NCBI RefSeq assembly: GCF_001194135.2
Contig: NC_068996.1
Location: forward strand, 9,289,804-9,353,803
Direction: 5' to 3'
DNA: 64,000 bases
Origin: Octopus bimaculoides
Lineage: Eukaryota
The position numbers and the translations under genes are program-made. Under the pieces are notes generated by a model. The model did not search any database. It saw nothing but the letters and a program-made list of their open reading frames with translations, and was not told the DNA's origin. This document shows, one piece after another, positions 37,453 to 49,432 of the stretch (within the stretch, counting starts at the first letter, position 1; every line of letters starts with the position of its first letter).

Positions 37453-37995
37453 GTAAGTCTGATTCCATAGGCGTAATTGTTCCACCTTACCATGTTGTCT
37501 ATCATGACAAATCACCATTACTTTCCTAATCCCATACAAACTTGGCATTGCAATCGAGTGGTTTGTTTTCTTCCACTGAAGGATTTACATTTGTATGTGT
37601 ATGCATGTTTCTTTTATGAGTGTAGGCTCAAGAGTAATTAGTCAAACAGGTAAAGAGACAGAAACTGGAAAACAGCATCTACGGAGAGAAAGAGAGACAA
37701 AAACAAAAAAAGAAAACGAACATGAAGCTATTCATTTGTAACAAATGTAAGCAGTGAGTGAATTGAATAGAAGTTCTTCCAAAAGAATACCTACTCAATG
37801 AAATTCTAGGAAATTCTTTGGCATTAAAGGTACCAATACTGACTTCCTACATGATGTTGCATTGGTGTTCTCTGTGTCTATTTCCTCTAGGGTTGTAAAG
37901 GGTAGTTCTTACTTGGCAAAACTTCTTGTTATTTTAGAAATTTTCTTATTTCCATAGATATGAATTAAGCACCTTTGTTTCATCTACAAAAATTT

Positions 37996-38295
37996 ATCAT
38001 CATCATCATCATCGTTTAACATCCGCCTTCCATGCTAGCATGGGTTGGATGATTTGACTGAGTACTAGCGAACCAGATGGCTGCACCAGGCTCCAATCTG
38101 ATCTGGCAGAGTTTCTACAGCTGGATGCCTTTCCTAACGCCAACCACTCTGAGAGTGTTGTGGGTGCTTTTACATGCCACCGGCACGAGGGTCAGTCACA
38201 TGGTACTGGCAACAGCCTCGCTCAACAGGTATTTTTTACGTGCTACCTGCACGGGAGCCAGTCCAGCGGCACTGGCAATGACCTCGCTCGAATGG
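37996..38295 (-). mobile_element. Family B (RTE-type 3' end)
   Basis: (atc)n gtttaacatccgccttccatgctagcatgggttgg...ggatgcc.ttcctaacgccaacc. Confidence 0.88.
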
Positions 38296-38873
38296 AATAA
38301 AATGATTCCCTGAAAGGCATTATCAGTACAAGGGAAAACAAATGGATTAAAGTGAGCATTCACTGACTGCTACTAAGAGATATTTGTTTCTAGACACCAA
38401 TTCTTTAGATCCTGCAAAATCTACTGACATGTGCTCCATAACTTGAATAAACCCTTCATGAGATGTTAATCTGTTGGGTTTTAAGACTTAAGTTTTATTT
38501 TAAAGCATATTGGCATTCATGACAGATTTTGCAACCATCATCATCATCATCATTTAACGTATCCTTTTCCATGCTCGTATGAGATGCGTGGAACTTTGTT
38601 GAGGTGGATTTTCTATGGCCGGATGACCTTCCTGTTGCCAATCCTCACCTGTTTCCAAATAAAGTGTAGTGAAGGCAGGAGATTAGAAGTAAGACACCAA
38701 CCTTCTCTTCGTCGTTGCAGACCTGTCGGGTGGTAACGTACCCTTCCATGTGGCCCATCCTGAAACTCTAAAAATAGCAGCTGCTTTCCCTCACCTTCAT
38801 GAAGCACTGACATGTCCTGCACTCACAGCTTCCCCAATCGAAAAAAAGGCACAAATGACTAAAAAAAATAAGT

Positions 38874-39128
38874 AAATGCGCCCTTTTAAAGCCTAGCCAG
38901 ACTCATGGGCCCGGTTTCCCGGTTTCTATGGCGTATGTGTTTGTTCCCCAGCCGGACGGGATGCCAGTCCATCGCAGCGTTACTCATTTTTGCCAGCTGA
39001 GTGGACTGGAGCAACGTGAAATGAAGTGTTTTGCTCAAGAACACAACGCGTCGCCCGGTCCAGGAATCGAAAACACAATCTTACGATCATGATGCTGACA
39101 CCCTAACTACTAAGCCACGCGCCTCCAC
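38874..39128 (-). mobile_element. tRNA-derived SINE family E, central domain type 1
   Basis: Minus strand gtggaggcgcgtggcttagtagttaggg...ttcgattcctgg, centre ttgtgttcttgagcaaaacacttcatttcacg, tail tgagtaacgctgcgatggactggc...aaagggcg. Confidence 0.88.
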
Positions 39129-39467
39129 ATATATATAATATATATAAATTTTTAGATAGTTATGTCTGGTCTAAGGGGTTGCCCTGGGTTTCACATCCAA
39201 AATGCACTAAACTTTATGGCATTTCTTCGGACCCTAATAATGGCCAGTAGCCTATAATCTCTCTTCAAAGTAAAGGGAGAAAAGACCTTATGGCTACTTG
39301 TTGAGTGCATATGCAAAGACTTAAGCACAAGGGATTGTCTCCCTTAATCAAAGTGGTCAGTTTATGGGTTCCACCCCATAGACCGGCCATAACTATCTTT
39401 ATTTAAATACTCTACTGCTCTATAACTTAGAGTGTGCTTCTTCTTCAGATTTATGATTGACGATATT

Positions 39468-39514
<47 letters not shown>

Positions 39515-39515
39515 G

Positions 39516-39574
<59 letters not shown>

Positions 39575-39599
39575 ATATGAGCATATGCATGTATACATA

Positions 39600-39810
39600 C
39601 ATATATGTACATACCTTCATCTACATGTATATATAGAAGCATATCCGGGTACAGGACGTCAGAAAAGTGAACGGGGACATAAAAAACAAAAACGGACATT
39701 GTTTACAGACAACAGAACGAAAACATAGGAAAACAGACAAGTCACTTATGGAATTATTCCTTCATCAGCTGCCTCTATTCTAAACTAGGCGTTTGCGTTC
39801 ATTTCCAAGT
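39600..39810 (-). mobile_element. Repeat fragment carrying CTGATGA plus a short stem, possibly Penelope-like
   Basis: gcatatccgggtacagga.gtca is shared with about 10645-10677. Minus strand gcagCTGATGAaGGAAtaaTTCC. Confidence 0.4.
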
Positions 39811-40724
39811 ATATATATATATATACACACGCACATGCACACACCCACATGCTAGCATAGAAGGTAGATATTAAATGATATTTTTATACACACGTGTGTG
39901 TGTGTGTGTGTGTGAATATTTATATATACACACACACACACACCTATGCCAGCATTGAAGGCAGACATTAAATGATGATGATATTTATACACAGACATAT
40001 GTGTGTGTATGTGGAGGGGAATATTTCTTTGTTAGAGAAAAAGAGTGAGAGAGAGAGAGAGAAAGAATGAAGTTTATTACCCTTTAATAGACAAGCTTTG
40101 TGTGAATTGAGCTCATGTTGTGAATTAAACACCTGAATTACAATTACAATAACTAAGTTGATTGCAATATTCCTTTCTTGGCCTTGTAGAAGTCATTCCA
40201 TCTGCTCGAAATGAAGTATGGACTTGTCTATACATATGTAGGTTGCACCGCGATCAATTAACCATACTGTTTGTATACTTAAAATATGTTGTGTACACAC
40301 AAACACATCTGCAGATATGCTTACTTGCATGTACATACGTACACACACACACACGTGCTCATACACTAATGCACACATGCACACTTACTCGTAAACAGGC
40401 ATATACACATATACACACATACACACACGTTAAGTCCTGTTTAATCACAGCTGACTGCGTCACTCCAACAATAACATCAACAACATCCAAAGAAACCAGA
40501 TGCTGATATAAATAGCTATTTAGTTTGGTTGGTTCTCACTTGCAGCGTCCAGGTTATTCCTGCTTTTTTCTTGTTTTTTTGTTTTTGTTTTTGTTTTTTT
40601 TTACACTTCAAAACCTAATAGCTCATAAATGAATGATTTGGAGTTAAATGGAGGTCCTGGAGGGGAATTAACAGATGTTTTTTTCTCAAGAATGTGGAAA
40701 CAAGTGATATAGGCTTCAGGATAG

Positions 40725-40731
40725 TGACTAA

Positions 40732-40794
<63 letters not shown>

Positions 40795-41007
40795 TTCAAA
40801 TTATGGCACATGGCCAGCAATTTGGGGGAAGTGGGTAATCAATTACATCCCCCTCCCTCCGTACTCAACTGGTGTTTATTTTGTTGACCCCCAAAAGGAT
40901 GAAAGGCAAAGTCAACCTCGGCAGAATTTGAACTCAGAACACAGCGACGGACAAAATGTCACTTAGCATTTTGCCCGACATGCCAATGATTCAGCCAGCT
41001 CCCCACC

Positions 41008-41062
<55 letters not shown>

Positions 41063-41275
41063 TTTCTAATTTGGGCACAAGGCCAGCAATTTCAGGGAAG
41101 AAGTAAGTTGGTTACATTGATTCCAGTGCTCAACTGGTTCTTATTTTATCGACTCCTAAAAGGATGAAAGACAAAGTTGACCTCAGTGGAACTTGACCCC
41201 AGAATGCAAATATAGACAAAACGCTGCTAAACATGTTGCCCAGCATGCTAATGATTCTGCCAGCTGGCTGCGTTA

Positions 41276-41322
<47 letters not shown>

Positions 41323-41851
41323 GGTCCTTTCTACTAAAGGCACAAGGCCTGAAATTTTGTGGGAGGGGACTAGTCACTTACTTCAGTGCTTGACTGATAC
41401 TTATTTTGTCGACCCTGAAAGAATGAAAGACTGTTAACCTTTGCTGGATTTGAACTCAGAACATAAAGATGAACAAAATTCTGCTAAACATTTCGTCTGG
41501 CATGCTAACAATTCTGCCAGCTGACCAATGATAATAATAATTCTTTCTTCTATAGACACATGACCTGAAATTTGCAGGGGAAGAAGCTAATTGGTTATTT
41601 CAGCCCCTGTATTCAACAGGTACTTATTTTGTTGACCCTGTCAGAATAAAAGGCAAGTTGGTGGAATTTGTACAGAGAAGGTAAAGAGAAGGCGCAGGAG
41701 TGGCTGTGTGGTAAGTAGCTTGCTTACCAACCACATGGTTCCGGGTTCAGTCCCACTGCGTGGCACCTTGGGCAAGTGTCTTCTACTATAGCCCCGGGCC
41801 AACCAAAGCCTTATGAGTGGATTTGGTAGACAGAAACTGAAAGAAGCCCGT

Positions 41852-41888
<37 letters not shown>

Positions 41889-42460
41889 CTGTGTTTGTGT
41901 GTGTTTGNNNNNNNNNNNNNNNNNNNNNNNNNNNNNNNNNNNNNNNNNNNNNNNNNNNTCCCAACATCGCTTGACAACTGATGCTGGTGTGTTTAGGTCC
42001 CCGTAACTTAGCGGTTCGGCAAAAGAGACCAATAGAATAAGTACTAGGCTTACAAAGAATAAGTCCTGGGATCGATTTGATGGACTATAAAGGCGGTGCT
42101 CCAGCATGGCCGCAGTCAAATGACTGAAACAAGTAAAAGAGAGAGTTAAAGAGCTGGAAAAAATGCTGCTAAGCATTTTGTCCTCTGTGCTAACAATTCT
42201 ACCAGCTCCCTGCTTTACTACTACTGCAACTACTAATAATAATGATAACAATCTTTTTCTACTATAAGTCTCAGGCCAGAAATTTGGGGATGGGGCACCA
42301 GTACTTGACTGGTACTTGTTTTATGAACCCCGCGAAAGGATGAAAGGCAAAATTGACTTCAGCAGCATTTGAACTCAGAACATAAAGATGGATGAAAGAC
42401 CACTAAGTATTTCATCCAACATGCTTACCAGTTCTACTAGCATGACATCTTAATAAGTAG
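40725..42460 (-). mobile_element. Head-to-tail array of about 5 SINE family C copies separated by (AAT)n
   Basis: Units at about 40795-41008, 41061-41275, 41321-41525, 41540-42225 (split by SINE A) and 42250-42450. Confidence 0.88.
41689..42146 (+). mobile_element. SINE family A, full length, with 7-bp TSD
   Basis: A-box-like tggctgtgtgg, B-box-like ggttcagtccc, internal (TA)/(TG) tract with gap 41908-41958. TAAAGAG at 41682-88 and 42147-53. Confidence 0.92.
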
Positions 42461-42604
42461 CAGTAGTATTAGACTTAACTACCGTAAAATGAAGACCCTG
42501 GAAAGGAACTAGCAGATGTTATTGTCAAGAACATAGTGCAAGTACATCCAAAGACAGTCTTCAGTGACGTGACGGTACCAATAGTAATAATATTTGTGAG
42601 CAAT

Positions 42605-43230
42605 GAAAAGTGGAATGGCTATTGAGAGATGACTACAGATTTACCAGGGTACCAAGGATTCTTTGCCATTCCAGTTGTGAAAAAAACAGATATTATAATG
42701 TGGTGTGAAAGTAAGAAAGTTGTAAATCTAGTCGAGTTAATGGTTACTCATGAAGACAACATGGATGCTTCGTGGGCTCGAAAGATTGACCGTTATGTAA
42801 ACCTCCACAAGGAGTGTGAAGACACAAGCTGGAAAGCGGAGCATTTTCCAGTCAAAGTTGGATGTAGAGGGTTTGTATGACACAGTGTGAGGCGACTGTT
42901 GTTATCGTTAGGCCTAACTCATCGTGAGGTAAATACCACCATGAGTGATAGCCAAACTATAGTAGAAAAGGCAGGACACTGGATTTGGTTAAAAAGGAGA
43001 CGATGACCAATGGCTACAAGAATATTGAGCTTTATTTGATAACCAATTGATTTAGCAAGTGGGGTCTCATATCAGTGAGGGAGTGGGGACCAGTGTGCAA
43101 TGATGCCATCAGGAGGTAAGCCCTGAAATGCCACACATTCTCTCCTGATGACCCCGTACACTTGCTGGCTTCCGGTATGCAGAGCTTTCGACTGGTAGCA
43201 CTTACATATATAAGTTGTTTGCAAGACATA
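42605..43230 (+). pseudogene. 3' end of an RLE-type (HERO/NeSL-like, R2 group) non-LTR retrotransposon plus its 3' UTR
   Basis: Frame 42629-43006: ..TDIIMWCESKKVVNLVELMVTHEDNMDASWARKIDRYVNL..WKAEHFPVKVGCRGFV*HSVRRLLLSLG...EKAGHWIWLKR. Matches the PD-(D/E)xK RLE pattern RPDIVLW..V.LVELTVPWE..RK..KY..PVEVGCRGF..W.W.KR. Confidence 0.85.
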
Positions 43231-43282
43231 TTGTCAAAGACAGCCTTCAATGATGTGACAGTACGGACAGTAATAATATATG

Positions 43283-43672
43283 ATAGGTGTGGTAAGAAAC
43301 TTGCTTCCCAACCATACTGTACCGGGTTCACTCTTACTGCATGGCACCTTGATTAAATGTTTTCTATAGCCTCAGGTCAACCAAAACCTTTGTGTGAATT
43401 TGGTAGGCGGAAACAAAAAGAAACCTGTCGTGTATATACATTTATGTGTGCGTATGTGTATCTTTGTGTCTGTGTTGGTCCTTCACCACTGCTTGACAAC
43501 CAGTGTTGGTGTGTTTATGTACCCATGATGTAGCAGTTCAGCAAAATAAACTGATAGAATAAGAACCACGCTTTAAAAAAAAAAAATACTTAGTGGGGGT
43601 CGAGTTATTCAACTAAAAATTATTTAAGGCAGTGCCCCAGCATGGCCGCAGTCTAATGACTGAAGCAAGCAA
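43283..43672 (+). mobile_element. SINE family A (diverged)
   Basis: ggtgtggtaagaaacttgcttcccaacc...gcatggccgcagtctaatgactgaa. Confidence 0.85.
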
Positions 43673-44295
43673 TAGAACAGTAGTGTTAGAGCTAATTATT
43701 TTTTTTAAATAAAGGCCCTGGAAGGGAGTCAACATACATTCTGGTTTGTGGACGAAATGAATACAAAAACATAGTCTTCAGTGGCACGAAAGTGCTAATA
43801 ATCATAGTACAGAAATAGTTGTTTGAACCATTAAGGTGTTTAATTAGCAGTCAATGTGTCATTCTCTGTTCAGCAGTATTCTGTCCATGACTGATCTATT
43901 TACTCCCACCTCATCACTGGCTTAGTTCATTTAGTTATAAATAGCTGTAAATTTTCTACTTTGTGTATAAATAGCTCTAAGTTCAGTGCAATTACTGTGC
44001 AGTCAGTAAGTGTTTTGCTTACTAACCATCCTACATTGTTGTTGATGTTTACTCCTTTATTGTTCAACTCTGACCCAAGCAGACCTGTTTTGATAAAAAA
44101 AAACGTTCCAGCCATGACCTTCCCGTGTTTTTGACTAGTGAACGCTGGAGCACATTACTACATTATCTAATGTATCCTTTCTGAATAAAATAAGGTGTAG
44201 CTTAAGGGAGATTTAGCTACTATTTCTAGCAGATTATTGGTGATTTCTTTCACAAAAGTGTATCCTTTTTGTGATGATAGTAAGTGGTGTCTGAC

Positions 44296-44585
44296 TTAAC
44301 CCATTACCTACCAGTGATCTCAAATGAGATCACTTAAAAATTACAAATTTCATAATTATCTGTCAATATTTACACATATCTAACCTTTTTGCTATATCTA
44401 CTAGGTATATTTCTCTGATGTTCAAATGCGGTTTGCTAATTTTTCACCCAATATCTCGCTTATTTCTATTTAAAATGTTATTTTGATCATTCCAGCGTGT
44501 TTCTAAGGCTGTTTTATGCTAGAAATCAAAGTTTCATAAAAAAAATTCCAGTTAATAGAATTATGGGAGGTAATGAATGGGTTAA
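44296..44585. mobile_element. piggyBac-type MITE with TTAA target duplications
   Basis: TTAA|CCCATTACC at 44296 and GGTAATGAATGGG|TTAA ending 44585. Confidence 0.75.
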
Positions 44586-45784
44586 GGTAGATTTAGTTAC
44601 TATTTCTTCTTAACAGATTGAGTGAACATGTAGAAGCACTCTCATTGGATTGAAGTCATCCCGGAAGAGTCAACTGCAAAAGCTATCGCACATGTCGTCT
44701 TTTTTATTGTTTCTGTATCTCACCTGAGATGCAGGTGAGAAACATAATCAATTTCATGAAGAAAGGAGACTTCTTGCAACTGATCCAAGAACATGGAGAT
44801 TTCTATTATGAACAGGAAAATGCAGAATCTTCCAGAAACTATAAGCTTTAACAATTCTTAAGCAGGCATTTGCCTCTGGTTTCTATAGAGCTAAGCAGTT
44901 GAAGTGGGGGAAAGGGATCCTTTCCATGGAAATAGGACACCTCTGTTTCCAACAGCTTCAGTGAAAAAATTATTATGAAGTGCTCTTTCCACCATCATTC
45001 CTAGTTCCACTTAACAAAATTTCTGACACAAGATTGGATTTGCATTTGTAATCCATAAATCCAGTTAGCGTTGTTGTTCTAAATGATGTAAAGAGTGGCA
45101 GTGATGTGGTTAAACACCTCACTTCGTTTTATGAGTTAATAAATAACATCAGGGTAGATGAGTGAAGGTGACGTGAATAAAATTACTCAACGTCACCACC
45201 GTATAACATCTGCTTGACTATATCTATATGAGTTGCATCTTGCAACTTGTTGTGGTCCATCATCGTTAGCAGCAAAGAAATGCACCAGTTTTTTTGAAAT
45301 TTTTTATTTTAGAGTTTTTTGAGGGGTTCTTTTTTTGGCGGGGGCAGAACAGCTGGATACCACTTTACTGTATGGATCAGAAGCTTTTGTCATTGGATTG
45401 GTATTAGAGAGATTGTCTGCAGCAGGACTAAGAGGTATCCCTCTACCCCTTATCATTTATATGTCAGTATACATGTATACAGCACCAACTACTTGTTTAG
45501 TCATTCTGCATGCTCAGTCTTTGAATATCTCAATGAGATGAACTAATGTTGTACAGTCTTAGTTCAGGTGTGTCAGCCTGTCACATAACTCCTGGTATGT
45601 ATTCCAATGTCTCAATTTATTATATCTACCAGGTGAGCCCTCCACAGATATTTTTCACTACTTCTCTACGATTGTCATTGTTTCTCGATGATATATAAAG
45701 GGAACACTTTGTTCCTTTATGTCAGTCCCTGTAATTCTATATGTCAGTCACATGTGTCACAAAACAGCTGTTGTATAACTGTGT

Positions 45785-46020
45785 GGACAGCAAGCTGGCA
45801 GAATCATTAGCGTGCTGGGTGAAATGCTTAGCAGCATTTCATCTGTCCTTACGTCCTGAGTTCAAATTCCACCAGGGTCTTCACCCTTTGTCCTTCACCC
45901 TTTCAGAATCGATAAAATATGTACCAGTTGAACATTGAGGTCAATGTAATCCACTTACTTCCCCTCCTCCATCCTCACTGCTCCTAACATGCTGACTTTG
46001 TGTCCAAATTTGAAACCATT
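45785..46020 (+). mobile_element. SINE family C
   Basis: agctggcagaatcattagcgtgctgggtgaaatgcttagc...ctgagttcaaattcc...gataaaat..gtaccagtt. Confidence 0.85.
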
Positions 46021-46163
46021 ATTAGTTCAACAGTGGCTGACTAGATGAACAGTCACAAAAATATCAAGATGTCTTGTTAGGAAACTGATAATAAATATAC
46101 TATATTTTCTTGAAGTGGTATATTTCACAGGTTCGTTTCTCCCATTTATTAAATTCATATAAC

Positions 46164-46460
46164 GATAAACATCGCCCTTTCAAAGCCTAGCCAGGCTCAT
46201 AGGCCCGGTTTCCCGGTTTCTATGGCGTATGTGTTTCCCCCAACTGGACGGGAGGCCAGTCCATCGCAGCGTTACTCAAGAAACAGGAAGAAAGAGTGAG
46301 AGAAAGTTGTGGTGGAAGAGTACAGCAGGGTTCGCCACCATCCCCTGCCGGAGCCTCGTGGAGCTTAAGGTGTTTTCGCTCAATAAACACTCACAACGCC
46401 CGCTCTGGGAATCGAAACCATGAGTCCGCTGCCCTAATCACTGGGCCATTGCGCCTCCAC
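46164..46460 (-). mobile_element. tRNA-derived SINE family E, central domain type 2, with 13-bp TSD
   Basis: AAATTCATATAAC at 46151-63 and 46461-73. Head and tail are shared with 38874-39128. Confidence 0.9.
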
Positions 46461-46824
46461 AAATTCATATAACTACAGTCATAGTCATAGCACTAACTGC
46501 TTATGGAGTTGTCGGTACACTCTCAGCGATTAAACATCTTACTCAGATTAATTGAAATTGTTTGGGGGGGNNNNNNNNNNNNNNNNNNNNNNNNNNNNNN
46601 NNGGGGGGGGGGGGTCTTTCTCTCTCTCTCTCTCTCTCAATGTTTAATCATTATCATCAACATTTAATATCCATGTTTCATCATGTGGTACATGTTTGAT
46701 ACTCTAACAGGATCTGGTCTGATAGGACTGCATTGTGCTCCAGTGCCTTCTTTAGCATGGTTTCTATGCCTAGATATCCTTCCTATACACACACACACAC
46801 ACACATCTCCATATTCTTTTAGAC

Positions 46825-47312
46825 GTTTCAGTCCCTTGACTGTGACCATGCTGGAGCACTGCCTTGAAGGGCTTTAGTTAAATAAATCGATCCCAGGACT
46901 TATTTCTTGCTGAACCATTGTTACAAGGACATAAACACACCAACACCGGTTGTCAAGCAGTAATGGAGAAACAAACACAGACACAAAGGCACACGCACTT
47001 ATCTATCTATCTATCTGTTTATGTGTGTGTGTATTTATATGTATATGACAGGTTTCTCTCAGTTTCCATCTACCATATCCACTCACAATGCTTTGGTCAG
47101 CTTGAGGCTATAGTAGATGACACTTGCCCAGGGTGCCATGAATATGAGACTGAACCTGGAACCATGTGGTTGGGAAGCAAGCTTCTTACTACACAGCCAC
47201 ATTATATATCATCATCATCATCATCGTTTAACGTCCGCTTTCCATGCTAGCATGGGTTGGACGATTTGACTGAGGACTGGTGAAACCGGATGGCAACACC
47301 AGGCTCCAGTCT
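46825..47312 (-). mobile_element. SINE family A (about 46825-47200) next to a family B tail (about 47205-47312)
   Basis: Motif matches. Runs into gap 47313-47990. Confidence 0.85.
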
Positions 47313-47991
47313 NNNNNNNNNNNNNNNNNNNNNNNNNNNNNNNNNNNNNNNNNNNNNNNNNNNNNNNNNNNNNNNNNNNNNNNNNNNNNNNNNNNNNNNN
47401 NNNNNNNNNNNNNNNNNNNNNNNNNNNNNNNNNNNNNNNNNNNNNNNNNNNNNNNNNNNNNNNNNNNNNNNNNNNNNNNNNNNNNNNNNNNNNNNNNNNN
47501 NNNNNNNNNNNNNNNNNNNNNNNNNNNNNNNNNNNNNNNNNNNNNNNNNNNNNNNNNNNNNNNNNNNNNNNNNNNNNNNNNNNNNNNNNNNNNNNNNNNN
47601 NNNNNNNNNNNNNNNNNNNNNNNNNNNNNNNNNNNNNNNNNNNNNNNNNNNNNNNNNNNNNNNNNNNNNNNNNNNNNNNNNNNNNNNNNNNNNNNNNNNN
47701 NNNNNNNNNNNNNNNNNNNNNNNNNNNNNNNNNNNNNNNNNNNNNNNNNNNNNNNNNNNNNNNNNNNNNNNNNNNNNNNNNNNNNNNNNNNNNNNNNNNN
47801 NNNNNNNNNNNNNNNNNNNNNNNNNNNNNNNNNNNNNNNNNNNNNNNNNNNNNNNNNNNNNNNNNNNNNNNNNNNNNNNNNNNNNNNNNNNNNNNNNNNN
47901 NNNNNNNNNNNNNNNNNNNNNNNNNNNNNNNNNNNNNNNNNNNNNNNNNNNNNNNNNNNNNNNNNNNNNNNNNNNNNNNNNNNNNNNNNNN

Positions 47992-48050
<59 letters not shown>

Positions 48051-48839
48051 CACACACACACAGAGTCTGTCACACATACATGTGCATCAATCCATCCATC
48101 AACCCATAGTAAGATTAAAGAGAATGTGAATGACTGACTTGATATAAAGTATTTAAGAAGTCAGCGGTTCAAGTTGTATCAACAGCACCATTTTGAGAAC
48201 AAATAAGCATAAATAAATAAATAAATAAAAGACATGAATAGGTGGATTATTTTTTATTTTTTTAGTTTTTTTTTTCTCCACCCCTTATTTACAAATTAGT
48301 GTCAGTAAATCAAATAAATACAACATTGTAAAAAAAAAAAACTCGAAGTCAATCAACATACATTTTTGTCACATGAGGCACTGACCAAAACAAACAACAA
48401 AAACAAAAACAAAAGGAAAACCTCCCTTCACCCACCCACCCAGCCATCTCGAAATATACGAAGTTCTGTTTTTGTTCACATTAGGTGGTGCTGAAGCGTA
48501 ATTAATCAGGATTAGGGTTAGTTAGTAAGTGGTTTAGCTATAAAGGTGAAAAGCAATGCTAATCCTTAATCTGGGGTAAAACAGCAATTAGTTTGTTTGG
48601 AGATTATATTTTATTCTTTTGTATATATATATATATACATATATAACGAACGATATATATATATATATTGTAAGTGTGTTATATTCTATTTGTACACATA
48701 CACACACTTATTTATGGTGCATGAGTGTGAGTATATACATACATACAGTTTGTGGTATGTATGTATGGCATGAAATATCTTTTATTCTGTTTGTGTATGA
48801 GAGAAAACGTCTCTGTTTTTTTTTTATATTGTTTATTTC

Positions 48840-48873
<34 letters not shown>

Positions 48874-48939
48874 CTCACATCTTGCATCAGTTTTTTTAAA
48901 TCTACCAAACAATGTCAAAATGTAGTATAAAGATGTGTT

Positions 48940-48979
<40 letters not shown>

Positions 48980-49432
48980 TTTGTGCATACATGAGATCAG
49001 CATCACCATCATCATCATCTTTGTTTTTTACATCCACATTTCTATGTTGGCATGGGTTGGATAAGACTTTCCAAGGCACGATTTTATGATCAAATACTCT
49101 TCCTAATGTCAACTGCTTCTAGTTACCTCTTACAACACACAGGAGGAATGATCTGTCTATTTTTTTAAATGGTGATACAAACAGTGTGTGGTCATTTCTA
49201 CTCTTTATTTTTCCATGATAGCATGGCTTAGACGAAACTTGTCAAGGCGAATCTCTATGACTTGAAGCATTTCCTGATACCAGTTCTTTTTTTTTTTTTT
49301 CTGTTCATTCAAGTAAAGTATTTCCATTGCACTACTTTTTCTCAAACCATGTTAATGGAGACATGCAGAAATAAAATCAATGTCCATTTGATGGGCTTCC
49401 ATTCAGTTTCCTTTTACCATTACCAATATAGG

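Noticed and set aside
43120-43155. GAAA...CTGATGA as a type II hammerhead
   Set aside because: No stem I hairpin between the putative cleavage site and the core.
44729-44850. Short protein-like frame MQVRNIINFMKKGDFLQLIQEHGDFYYEQENAESSRNYKL
   Set aside because: About 40 aa, no homology recognised, no clean splice boundaries.
45335-45541. TLLYGSEA resembling the RTE LLYGSETW motif
   Set aside because: Flanking residues do not extend the similarity.
49213-49250. GAAACTTGTC hammerhead-like 3' half
   Set aside because: No CTGANGA and no convincing stem II upstream.
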